Shown here piece after piece: positions 42,895 through 54,045 of a stretch of 64,000 nucleotides of DNA (its first letter is position 1; each line of letters starts with the position of its first letter). The DNA lies in contig CAVXMK010000008.1 in the NCBI GenBank assembly GCA_963762985.1, positions 43,855 to 107,854 on the forward strand, read 5' to 3'. This DNA is from an uncultured Chloroflexia bacterium (GTDB lineage: Bacteria > Chloroflexota > Chloroflexia > Thermomicrobiales > UBA6265). The position numbers and the translations under genes are program-made. Under the pieces are notes generated by a model. It was not told the origin of the DNA. It was given only the letters and a program-made list of their open reading frames with translations, and made no database searches.

Positions 42895-44036
42895 GCAGCA
42901 CGCGGAGCAATGCGCAAACCCCTATCAACCCTGGGGCCATGCGCCAGGACGACGAGCGGCGGCGCGACGAGGCCCGCTTCTCCGCCTTGCAGAACCAGGT
43001 CGACGAACTGCGCCAGGCCATGCGCGAGGTGCTCAGCCGCCAGGGCCGCGACGAAGAGATGCTCAAGCACTACGAGAGCGCTGCTGCCCAGAACCGGATC
43101 GCCATCGAGCAGCTTCGACAGGAGAGCCAGCAGAGCGCGCAGGCCCGCGCCCTGGACGAGAACCGCACCCGGCAGCAGGTGGGCGATCTCGACGCCCGCC
43201 TCGAGGACGTGGCCCGCCCCATCCGCTCCCTGCAAGCCCACGTCATGGAGCTGGTCGAAGCCGCGCGTCTCAAGGCCGAGGACACCAGCCAGTATCGCCA
43301 GCGCGACGACGAGTTACAGACCCAGATCGAGCACCTCTCCGCGCACGTTGACCGCACCGGCGTTCTTATCCACCAGGTCCGCGACTCGATCGACGCCGCC
43401 CGCGAAGAGACCGATGGCCTGCGCCGCGACATCGTGCGCGCCGAAGACAGCATCAAGATCGTCGATCAGGATGCCCGCCGCCGGGTTGCCGAGGTTGCCC
43501 AGTCGGGCGAAACGATCGCGGCACGCATCGACGAGCTGCGCTCGGACCTCGGCCACCTCTTCGATTTGATCGACGACACCCGGCGCTCGATCGTCCATAT
43601 CGACCCGTCGTTGGAGGAGCTCCGCGAGGCAGACGCGGCGATCCGGCAGGAGCTGGGGCGGGTGCAGACGCAGGGCGCGGAGCGCCACGAGCTGGTGATG
43701 GAGCGGGTGGAAGACATGCGCGGCGACATCGACGCCCGCTTCGCCGACGTGCGTCAGGCGTTGGAGCAACGACACGAGCGCCTGGCCGAGCGGATCGACG
43801 ACCTCAACGAGGCGCACCGCGACCTCGGATTCCGCATCAGCCAGCTCAGCGGGCAGCTCGACGAGTTGCGGCTCGTCGACGCGGGGGTCCGCCGCGACCT
43901 GTGGCTCCTCAACGAGCAGCGCGTCCGCCTGCGCCTGGACCAGGCCCAGCAAGAATTGGACATGATCGCCGCCCAGCGCCGCGACGCGGAAACGGAAAGC
44001 GGCGCCGGCCGCGTCCGCCGCCCCAGCGACCACTAG
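42891..44036 (+). CDS. Long coiled-coil protein
   Basis: Continuous heptad-rich E/R/Q/L sequence; ATGA overlap with the deacetylase. Confidence 0.7.
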   Translation: MSSTRSNAQTPINPGAMRQDDERRRDEARFSALQNQVDELRQAMREVLSRQGRDEEMLKHYESAAAQNRIAIEQLRQESQQSAQARALDENRTRQQVGDLDARLEDVARPIRSLQAHVMELVEAARLKAEDTSQYRQRDDELQTQIEHLSAHVDRTGVLIHQVRDSIDAAREETDGLRRDIVRAEDSIKIVDQDARRRVAEVAQSGETIAARIDELRSDLGHLFDLIDDTRRSIVHIDPSLEELREADAAIRQELGRVQTQGAERHELVMERVEDMRGDIDARFADVRQALEQRHERLAERIDDLNEAHRDLGFRISQLSGQLDELRLVDAGVRRDLWLLNEQRVRLRLDQAQQELDMIAAQRRDAETESGAGRVRRPSDH

Positions 44037-44086
44037 TGTTCCCATAGTGTTCCCAGATTGGCATCGCGTACGAACGCGGAGACAAA

Positions 44087-44126
44087 CCCTCACCCCAACT
44101 TCGCTCCCTGCGCGCCACGAGAGGGG
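44087..44126. repeat. Degenerate solo copy of the hairpin repeat
   Basis: CCCTCACCCCAACTTCGCTCCC...GAGAGGGG. Confidence 0.55.
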
Positions 44127-44188
44127 CTTTCGCTCGCGTCCGACTTCCGACTTTCGACTTTCGACTTCAGTCTGCGGCTGGCCACGGG

Positions 44189-44217
44189 TTGACACCCCGG
44201 CGGGCCTTTGATATGGT
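44189..44217 (+). promoter_or_regulatory. Sigma70-type promoter with extended -10
   Basis: TTGACA-17 nt-TATGGT, with TG one base upstream of the -10 box. Confidence 0.65.
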
Positions 44218-44625
44218 CGCTCCAACCCGACGCCTTTTGGGCGGTGGAGCGGGTTTGGCCAAGGGTCGGAAGCGGCCCTTTCGCACGACTCACGGATGAG
44301 GAGCCGCACCGATGCGGAAGGCCGGGAACACCGCGCTTCTTCAGCGGAACGCCTGCCATTCCTCATCGTGGATCAACATCGCGGTGCCGTGGCGCATGCA
44401 GGCACTGCCCAGGATCATCTGACAAACATCGGCTTCGGCCGCGCGGCGTGGATGGACGCCCGCACCGGAGCCGTTTCATTGCCCCGGCGGGCTAGGGATG
44501 GATCGCCGGAGCGAGTGACGACGGCGGAACCCCGGACAGAGGAGGTCGCAATCAGGTTCTGAAAATCCCGACACCTGCGGGCCGGTCGAGGGGCTGCTCG
44601 GCCGGAAAAGTTGGAGGGAAGGGTC

Positions 44626-46101
44626 TTGACGTTTCGTACGCCGATCGTGCGCAGCCGCCTCGCAGCGCTGATCGCATGCACACTGATCGCTACCATCGTG
44701 CCGCTGTCGGCCGTGGCCGAGCAGGGTATCGCGCCGGGAAGTGGCGCAATCGTCACCGCCGGGCAACCGCTTATGGTTCGCGCCACGCCCGGTTGGGATG
44801 CCGAGATTTCCTACGAAATCGCCAACGGTTCCTACGTCACGGTCTGGGATGTGGCCCAGACCGCACCGGATGGCACCCTGTGGTATCCGGTTGATGGCGG
44901 GTTTGTGCCCGTCGATGCGGTCACCAGCCAGACCGCACTCGAGGGCGGTGTCGCGCTGTACCAGGAGGCTTCCCCCGAAGCCGTCGCCGAGGAATGGGTT
45001 GAGCCCGCGCAAAGCGAGGGCTGGGTCGATCCCAATACCGGCGAGTGGGTAGAGCCCGCTGCTGAAGAGTGGGTCGATCCGGCGGCGACGGAATACGTCG
45101 AGCCCGCCAGCGAAGGTTGGGTCGATCCCAATACTGGCCAATGGGTCGAGCCGGCCGCCGAGGAATGGGTGGAACCCGCTCCCGTCGCGCAAGAAGGCTG
45201 GGTCGATCCCAACACTGGCGAATGGGTAGAGCCCGCCGCCGAGACAGGATGGGTAGACCCCAACACCGGCGAGTGGGTCGAACCGACCGCAACGGAGACC
45301 GGTTGGGTCGATCCCAACACCGGCGAATGGGTGGAGCCGGCCGCGGAAGAGTGGGTCGAGCCTGCACCCGAGGAATGGGTCGAACCCGCGCCGACCGAAA
45401 TGGTCAACACGGGCGGTCCCGAATCGTGGGGTGAGCCAATTGGCACCGCGTATATCTCGGGCAGCAGCGGCGACGGTGCCGTCTGCCGCGCGGGCGCCGA
45501 GCGCGGCACCGACCGCCTGGCGGTGCTGGGCGAAGGCGAGGCCGTCGAAGTTCGCGGCGAAGCCGTGGGCGAATGGCAACCCGTCAATTGCGCCGGTATC
45601 GGCGGCTACGTCCACACCTCGCTCATTTCCTGGGAACCGGCGGCCCCGGTCGCCGAAGAGGGGCGAAACGGCAATCGCGGCAACGCCGGAAATAATGGCA
45701 CCGCAAACTCGAGCGGCACCAACGGCGGCTCTGGCAATCAGATCGCCAACTTTGCCATGCAGTACGTCGGCTACCCGTATGCTTATGCCGGCGAGGGGCC
45801 GTACGCCTTCGACTGCTCCGGGTTCACCAAGTTCGTCATCCAGAACACGCTCGGCATGGACATCACCCACGACATGTTCACCCAGATCGGGATGGGCCAG
45901 TCGGTGGGCATGAACGAGCTGCAACCGGGTGATCTGGTCTTCTTTGCCAACACGTTCCGGCCGGGGCTGTCACACGCCGGCATCTACATCGGCGGCGGGC
46001 AGTTCGTCCACGCCGAGAACGAAGGGACTGGCGTGAAGGTCAGCGACCTCAATTCCGATTACTACGGATCGCGCTGGGCTGGCGGTACGCGACTCGCGTA
46101 A
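44626..46101 (+). CDS. NlpC/P60 (C40) cell-wall peptidase with SH3-like domains and a Trp/acidic repeat linker
   Basis: Signal peptide; YVGYPY..G.GP.AFDCSGF, LQPGDLVFF, SHAGIYIG..FVHA. Confidence 0.92.
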   Translation: MTFRTPIVRSRLAALIACTLIATIVPLSAVAEQGIAPGSGAIVTAGQPLMVRATPGWDAEISYEIANGSYVTVWDVAQTAPDGTLWYPVDGGFVPVDAVTSQTALEGGVALYQEASPEAVAEEWVEPAQSEGWVDPNTGEWVEPAAEEWVDPAATEYVEPASEGWVDPNTGQWVEPAAEEWVEPAPVAQEGWVDPNTGEWVEPAAETGWVDPNTGEWVEPTATETGWVDPNTGEWVEPAAEEWVEPAPEEWVEPAPTEMVNTGGPESWGEPIGTAYISGSSGDGAVCRAGAERGTDRLAVLGEGEAVEVRGEAVGEWQPVNCAGIGGYVHTSLISWEPAAPVAEEGRNGNRGNAGNNGTANSSGTNGGSGNQIANFAMQYVGYPYAYAGEGPYAFDCSGFTKFVIQNTLGMDITHDMFTQIGMGQSVGMNELQPGDLVFFANTFRPGLSHAGIYIGGGQFVHAENEGTGVKVSDLNSDYYGSRWAGGTRLA

Positions 46102-46181
46102 CGACACAGGCCCGCGCCAGCGGGATCCTCGGGGGACGAGGGCTGGGACCGGCGATCGCGCCAGGGACCGGCAGGGGGAAA

Positions 46182-46217
46182 GCGAAGAGGGCGCCGCAAT
46201 CGCGGCGCCCTCTTCGC
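46182..46217. terminator. Perfect 16-bp hairpin between convergent genes
   Basis: GCGAAGAGGGCGCCGC aatc GCGGCGCCCTCTTCGC; no clear U-tract. Confidence 0.6.
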
Positions 46218-46248
46218 GATCGCTTCCAACGGCGAAGGCAACAGAAGG

Positions 46249-46288
46249 CCCCTCTCCCATCGCAGTGGGAGAGGGGTTGGGGTGAGGG
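46249..46288. repeat. Solo copy of the hairpin repeat downstream of recA
   Basis: CCCCTCTCCCA tcgcag TGGGAGAGGGG TTGGGGTGAGGG. Confidence 0.8.
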
Positions 46289-46315
46289 TTTCTCAGGGAA
46301 AGCGGCTAAAGGCTC

Positions 46316-47410
<1,095 letters not shown>

Positions 47411-47486
47411 TTGGATTGCTTCCCTCGTGATCGCCGGGAGCGGTGGCCCGGGCGTCCGTATTCTCGATGCGGGAGCCGAAACTGGT

Positions 47487-47545
47487 ATAGAAAACTTGTT
47501 CTATTTTCCGTGGGAATAGTACCCCAGCACGGGGCGTCCGGTCAA
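47487..47545 (-). promoter_or_regulatory. recA promoter and probable LexA (SOS) box
   Basis: Minus strand TTGACC-18 nt-TACTAT (47545..47516); palindrome ATAGAACAAGTTTTCTAT (47487-47504) matches GAAC-N4-GTTC with one mismatch. Confidence 0.65.
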
Positions 47546-47554
47546 TGCCGAAAA

Positions 47555-47710
47555 GGGTGATAGGGTGATAGGGTGATAGGGTCATGGGGTGGTGGGTTCC
47601 GTGATCTATGTCTATGGAGCCGAGGGCAGGACCTGTAGCGTGATCGCCGCGGCACCCAGTCCGCAAGGAGCCATGTCCTATCACCCCATCACCCTGACAC
47701 CCTATCACCC
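47555..47710. repeat. Inverted pair of octamer tandem repeats (GGGTGATA)n / (TATCACCC)n
   Basis: GGGTGATA x3 at 47555-47580; complementary run at 47677-47710. Confidence 0.75.
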
Positions 47711-47722
47711 GGGAGAGACCAC

Positions 47723-48836
47723 ATGGCGCGCATGACGATCCTCGGCGCCGGGGACATGGGAACCGCCCTCCTGACGCCACTTCATGCCGTTGGCCACGAG
47801 CTGCGCCTCTGGGGATCCGAGCGCGATGCGGCCATCCTGGCGGTGTCTCGATCGTGGAGACCCACATCCCGAGACTCGGCTCGCCGGTGCCGGCCGGGGT
47901 GGAACTCTATTCAGACGCGGAAGCCGCGGCGGCACTCGACGGCACCGGACATCGTGGTGGTTGCCATTACCTCGAATGCCATCCGCCCTGTCCTCGGCTC
48001 GCCTCGCTGCCGAGCTCGATGCGCCACGCGCCATCGTCGTCGTCGGCAAGGGGTTCGATTCCGGTCCTCGCGGCGACGAGATCCTGCTCCTGCCACACGT
48101 CATCGCCGAGTTCAATTCGGCGCCGGTCGTCGCCGTCGGCGGACCAGCAATCGCCAAAGAGATCGCGCTCGGGACCCCAACGGCGGCCGTCTTTGCCAGC
48201 ACCAACCCGGATGCGCTCGCCTTGACCCAGCAGGCATTCAGCACGCCCAACTTCTTCGTCGAGACGACCGATGATGTCGTCGGCCTCGAAGTGGCCGCGG
48301 CCATGAAGAACGCCTACGGGGTGGCCATCGGCATCGCCGACGGTATTGAGAAGCGGACCGGTCTGCCCCACGCGAACCTGCGCGCCGCGCTCTTCCCGCT
48401 GGCGGTGGCGGAGATGGGGTTGCTGGCGGAGCTGCTCGGCGGTCGGCGGGAAACTGTGGCCGGTCTCGCCGGGGCCGGTGATCTGCAAGTGACGGTCACG
48501 TCGGGTCGGAACCGGCTGCTGGGCGAGCGGGTCGGGATGGGGATGAGTGGGGCGGAGGCGTTTCGGGAGCTGACCGCGGCAGGGACAACGACGGAGGGGT
48601 ATTTGGCGACAGAATTTGGGTATCGCCTCGCCACACGCGCGGGGGCGGGAACGGAACCGGCCGACCGCCGGTTTCCCTTGCTCGATGCGCTGTATCGGAT
48701 CCTCTATGGAGATGCCCAGCCTGTTGAGGCGTTATGGGATGCCATCATCAAGGTGCACTCGACGAGCCGCCCTCACCCCCAACCCCGTCTCCCGGCTCGA
48801 CGGGAGAGGGAGTCTTCTCGGCGCATTGGAAAGTGA
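47723..48836 (+). CDS. NAD(P)H-dependent glycerol-3-phosphate dehydrogenase-like protein, frameshifted
   Basis: ILGAGDMGTA, GKGF, GGPAIAKE, DVVGLE..AAMKN, GLAGAGDLQVT..SGRN, TEG. Confidence 0.8.
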
Positions 48837-49350
48837 ACATCCGGACTCGGAATGACACGAGGCAAATGTTGGGAGGCAGCTTGAATGAGTCCTGGCAGAC
48901 CAAGAGGGCATTCGCACAATGTGCCCGCGGCGCGTGAATTACGGGCTCGCGAAACCGACGCCGAGGATCTTCTGTGGAAATCGCTACGCGGGCGCCGTCT
49001 GGGAGGCTTGAAGTTCCGGCGAGCATCCCATCGGCCCGTTCGTCGTCGACTTCTGCTGCGTCGAACGGCGCCTTGCGATTGAGCTTGACGGCGAAGTGCA
49101 TGACGAGCAGCAGGAGCACGATGCCGAGCGCGAGGCACTGCTGGTTTCCGCCGGGTATCGGGTAGTTCGTTTCACAAACGAAGCCGTTCAAAAGCAGTTA
49201 TCAACGGTATTGGCATCGATTCAAGCCGCGGCGCGAGAGGAACCAACGTCACGACCACCTGCGCCCGGTCGGCGCCCAGGATGGAGCTAACGTTCGTCGG
49301 TGGATAGCCCCCTCTCCCGGCTCGACGGGAGAGGGGGTTGGGGGTGAGGG
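48770..49350. mobile_element. Candidate repeat-flanked endonuclease element
   Basis: Inverted hairpin repeats of about 41 bp at 48770-48810 and 49308-49350 bracket a DUF559 gene. Confidence 0.5.
48885..49290 (+). CDS. DUF559 (Vsr-like) endonuclease domain protein (frameshift near 49022)
   Basis: ARELR..TDAE..LW..LR.RRLGGLKFRR / HPIGPFVVDF...LAIELDG.VH...D..R...L...GYRVVRF.N. Confidence 0.88.
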
Positions 49351-49377
49351 CCTACGCGAGCAACATCCCGGATCTCC

Positions 49378-50614
49378 CTACCCCTCCATCCGATCCTTCT
49401 CCGGCGTCACCACCCCCCGCTGCCACTCCGGGATCCCCGACCACGGCTGCAGCGGCAGCTCCGGCGCGTGCCCCAGCACCTCGCCGTCGATCATCGTCAG
49501 CGAATTGATCAGCCGCTGGTTACCCCGTCGCGGGCTCATGCGTACGTCGCGGAAGACATACTCCCCTTCCTCTAGCCGGAAGATGGCCACGTCCGCCACG
49601 CTTCCTGGCTTCAACGTTCCCAAATCCGGGCGCCGCATCGCCGCGGCCGGGCGGGACGTGGCGCGCTCGATCACCTCAGGCAGGGTCAGTCCCAGGTTGA
49701 GGAATTTCGAGAGGGTCGTCGGCAGGTCGAACATCGGCCCCTGGATGGCCATTTGATGGATGTCGGAGGAGATGACATCTGGCTTCACCCCGGCTTTCAG
49801 CATCGCCTCGGCGGTGTCGTAGGAGAACGACCCGGTGCCGTGGCCGATGTCGAGGATGAGGCCCTGCTCCCGTAGCGCCATGATCGCGGGGTTCGGCACG
49901 CCAGCGTCGTCAACGATTTTCATGTCGCCGCCGGTGAAGCAGTGGGTGAGGATGTCGCCCGGCCGCAGCAGCGGCGCGACCTCGTCGATCGTCGGCGGAC
50001 CGTACCCGATGTGCGTCATCAACGGCAGCCCCACCCGATCGGCCAGCTCACGCGCCAGCTCCAGAGGCACGGATGCCTACGCCGCGCGTCGTGTTCTGGT
50101 CGATGCGCGCCTTGATGCCCAGGATGAGGTCGCGGTTGGCGTTGACGATCGTCTCCGCCAGGTCGAGGTCGCAGTAGTCGAGGTTGGCGAACTCCCAGGT
50201 CGGCGCGATCAACCCGATCGAGGAGGCGTTGAGCAAGGCGAAGATGCGCGATTTACTCGGCTCGATCAGAAATCGCCGGAACGCCGGCCACGAGTACGAG
50301 CCCGACGAGCCGACATCGAGCCACGTCGTCACTCCGGTGCGCGCCGCCACCGGATCGGCTTCGATCCCCCAGTAGGTCGCGCCCCAGTAGACGTGGGTAT
50401 GCAGATCGACCAGCCCGGGGGTGACGATACCCCCCGTGGCATCGATGACCTCGCGCGCGGACGAACGAGCCAGATTCGGCGCCACCTCCGCGATCCGGCC
50501 ATCCCGAATCGCCACGTCGAGCGCGCCCTGGAGACCCGCGCCTGGATCGACGACCTCGCCGCCCACGATCAGCGTGTCAAAGACCTTCGGTTCGCTTGCC
50601 GTTGTTGCCGACAC
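49378..50614 (-). CDS. Amidohydrolase/deacetylase (dihydroorotase-like) metallohydrolase (frameshift near 50070)
   Basis: PGLVDLHTH, GIKAR, MTHIG, DILTHC, DIGHG, ISSDIH. Confidence 0.88.
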
Positions 50615-50988
50615 GTCGCTCTTCCCCTTCATCCCGCTCATGATCCGTGTCGGGAATCGTATCAGCGCAGCCACCGGTCCTCACGCCTCTGCTTCCCAGC
50701 CCCCCGTGAATCAGGAGCGTGTGGGAGGGCCATAGGCGCATCAATGCGACCCGCACAGACGAACCGCAAGACTCAGGCTCCAGACCCCATGACAAGTCCC
50801 GTACTTGGTACGGGGGCCGCCATGCCGGATGCCACGTAGGATCGACGGTATCCGAGCGGGGCTTCGCGGCAGGTGGCGGCGATGAAGCAGCGATGTGCGC
50901 AGTGGGGCTGACCAAGCCTCCGCACCGAGAGGGCACCGAGGAAGCAGTCGCGAGCTGCCGTGCTCCGGCTCCACCGAGGAGGACAACT

Positions 50989-53084
50989 GTGGCAAGGCTG
51001 GTGATGCTTGCGTTGATCGTCGTGGCCAGTATCGTCGGAGCGACGCCAGACGGCGTTGCACAGCAGTCCGGGGTAGCCGCCGACATTCGCCAGGGAAATT
51101 GCGAGGAGATCGGCGATGTCGTCGCGCCGCTCGTCGAGGCCACGATCCCCGAGGGCGAGCCTCGCGGAAACGCGTAAGCGATGCCCGCCGCCACCTCCTT
51201 CACGACCATCCCCCTCCCGCTCGCGGCGTTGGTGGCGAGCGACCATGCGCTCGTCATTCCTTTTCCGGCCGGGGACGAACTGGTGGCCTGCGGCGAACTC
51301 GGGGGAGTGTTGACCGAGGCGGGGGCTCTGGTCGTCGGGATCAGGCCGCAGGGCGACGTGGGGATCTCGGGCATCGCTTTCCTGAGTCCAAGCGCCGACG
51401 GCGCGCAGACCAACGTCTCGCTCTTCATCTCCGGCGCAGGGCTGAACACGTTCTTTGCCGCCACCTTCCTCCCACCGACGGTCGCGGAAGAAGACGCCGC
51501 GCGCTTCGCCGCGGCCCTGGCTGCCCGGGACGGATCCTCAAGTCTGGCCGGACCGTTCGCGGGCCAATTCGTGCAGCGCGAAGGCCAGCGCGCCGTGAGG
51601 GGCGCTGGGATCGCGGCCGCGGACTTCTCGGCCACCGTCACATTCGTCAATCCAACCGAGCAGACCGATACGCCGTGGGACGTTGGCCTGGCATTCCATC
51701 AGAATCCAGAGCAATCCGCGGCCCGGGAGATCGTCGTCAGTTCGGATGGGGGATGGCTCTACAGCGATCCCTGGACCGGAACGCTCGGGGCGGGACCTGA
51801 GACCACCTTCGACGCCACGCCAGGAGCGACGAATACCCTCGACCTGGTGGTGGAGGGCGCCACAGCGCTGTTCGGCGTCAACGGGGAGTTGGCCGCCACG
51901 TTCGACCTGTCGCCCGCGGCCACTTCGGACATCTTCGTGACGACCGACTATCTCTCGGAAAACATCGTGGACGGCCGCGTCATCACCTACACCGACTTCC
52001 AGATCTGGGATCTGGCAGGGACCGGATCGCCGGCAGAGACGCCCGCGTCGGGGGTCGCCGCGGACGACGCCGCGCGGTTCGCCGCCGCCCTGGCGGCCCG
52101 GGACCGCGCATCCCACCTCGCCGGACCATTCGGCGGCACGTTCTCGCAATCGATGGCCGGACTTGCCGCGGCCCCGGCCGGGATCACCACCGAGGACTTC
52201 TCGGCGACCCTCACCTTCGTCAACCCGAGCGAGCAATCCGGAGCGCCGTGGGACTACGGGTTCGCCTTCCATCAGGTCCTCGAGCCGTACAGCGTGCAGG
52301 AGGTCTACGTCGATTCGAGCGGGGTCTGGTTCTACGCCGACTTCCCCAATGGCGTGCGGCAGTCGGGCCTCGTGCCCACCTTCGACGCCGCGCCAGGGGC
52401 GACCAACACCCTCGACCTCATCGTCCAGGGCACGACGGCGCTGTTCGGTGTCAACGGCGAGTTCGTGGCCACTATCGACCTGACGCCGCCGATCGCTGCG
52501 GACGTCATGGCGGCGACCGACTTCGCCTCGCAGATCATCGTGGAGGGCCGGCAGATCATCTACAGCACCTTCGAAGTCTGGGAAGCGCCGACGCCCGCTG
52601 CGCTGGCCGCGTCCCCGCCGCCGGCTTCCACCCTAGACGATGCAACGCGGTTTGCGGACGCTTTGGCCACTCGGGATGCCATGCGGGAATTCGGGAGTGG
52701 ACCGTTCACGGACACGCTCGTGCAACAGCAGGCATCCCCGCCTCCAGGATCGCGGAGATCGACTTCGAGGATCTGTCAGCGACCGCCGCCTTCACGAACC
52801 CGGCGGAGTCGAGTGGAGTGCCTTGGGACTACGGGTTCGCCTTCCACCCGATCGACAACGCGGTCCAGGTCGTCTCTGTCGACTCTGCAGGGTTCTGGCA
52901 CTTCAACGGCACGCGAGCAGGATGGGTCGCCGCATTCGACGACACCCCCGGGGCGACGAACACCCTCGACCTCATCATCGAAGGGGACCCGACGAGCTTC
53001 CGCATCGGGGTTGTCACCGGCTTGGACCCGGAAGTCCGGATCGAGGGCCGGGAGATCGCCTTCACCCTCCAGGTCTGGTATTAG
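50989..53084 (+). CDS. Secreted protein with three internal repeats of about 190 aa; in-frame TAA at 51175 and frameshift near 52745
   Basis: Signal peptide; DDAARFAAALAARD...GPF...DFSAT.TF.NP...PWD.G.AFH...TPGATNTLDL three times. Confidence 0.6.
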
Positions 53085-53547
53085 GGCTGGAACAGGGTAG
53101 CTGGTGGGGCACGGCGAAATTTGGGAACTTGGGGAACTTCGGGAACTTCTCTGGGATCGGGGCGCGGGACCGACACCGCTTCCTGGCACAGGATCGAGTG
53201 AGCCGACTGCCGCGCTCATGGTCGTCTCGGCGTCATCACTGTCGTTCTTGCGCTGAACGCGCGCTTCTCTGATCGCTGGAGGTTGCTCATGTCCACACCG
53301 TCTGAATCGCCAGGACTGCTCGATCAATTCCGACCGCATGTCTTGCCCGCCAAGGACACCGCGCATACGCGTGCTCAGCTCCTCGTCCTGGCCTTCCGCC
53401 CATGGTAGCGGCCGGGGCGCAGGCGTGCCCTGGGCGGCGCCCGCCCTCAGAACCCTGTTGCCGCGGGCGCCACGAGCCCGCCCCGAGCATGCGGCGTCAG
53501 GCTGGGGTTCCATGAACTTGATCGGCGCGATGTTTGGAGTTGGAGCG

Positions 53548-54021
53548 ATGGATCAGGCGAATTCGACGTGGCGATCATCGCTGTGGGCGCGGTGGCTCGG
53601 CTGGACACTCGTGTTCGTCCTGGTCACCGCCGCCGGTTGGCTCGTCGACCAAGCGGCCAGGATGGCGTTCTCGTTCTCCCTGCCGGCCTCGTTGCCCTTT
53701 TTGGCGTCGGTCATCGCCGTGTTCTGGATCGGGCAACGGTTTCGCTCCTGGTGGTGGGTGGCGGGACCATTGGCCGCGCTCGCGGTGCCGGCCGCAGGAT
53801 TTGCATTGTGGACCGTCCGGCTGATGTGGGAGCCGCAAGTCTCGGTGGAAACCGTCTGGGGACCGCAAACGCCGCAAGATTCGGCTGAGTTCATTTTGTT
53901 CTTCCTCATAATCGGTGTGGCGATGCTCGGCATCATGTATACCGCGGTGGCCGCCGCGGGCGTGTGGTGGGGCCGGCGCCGCCGCGAACCCGACCCGGCA
54001 CCGCATAGGGTCGATGGCTAA
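53548..54021 (+). CDS. Small membrane protein, paralog family A
   Basis: ARWLGWTL...WIGQRFRSWWWVAGP...YTAVAAAGVWWGRRR. Confidence 0.65.
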   Translation: MDQANSTWRSSLWARWLGWTLVFVLVTAAGWLVDQAARMAFSFSLPASLPFLASVIAVFWIGQRFRSWWWVAGPLAALAVPAAGFALWTVRLMWEPQVSVETVWGPQTPQDSAEFILFFLIIGVAMLGIMYTAVAAAGVWWGRRRREPDPAPHRVDG

Positions 54022-54045
54022 TAGATATTCGCCTGGGGACATGCA

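Noticed and set aside
44220-44625. c-di-AMP or cobalamin riboswitch, RNase P, SRP or tmRNA
   Set aside because: I could not find their hallmark conserved sequences by eye, so the region is kept only as an unassigned structured leader.
44990-45392. Regularly spaced DNA repeats resembling a CRISPR array
   Set aside because: They are in-frame coding repeats with synonymous variation, with no unique equal-length spacers and no cas genes.
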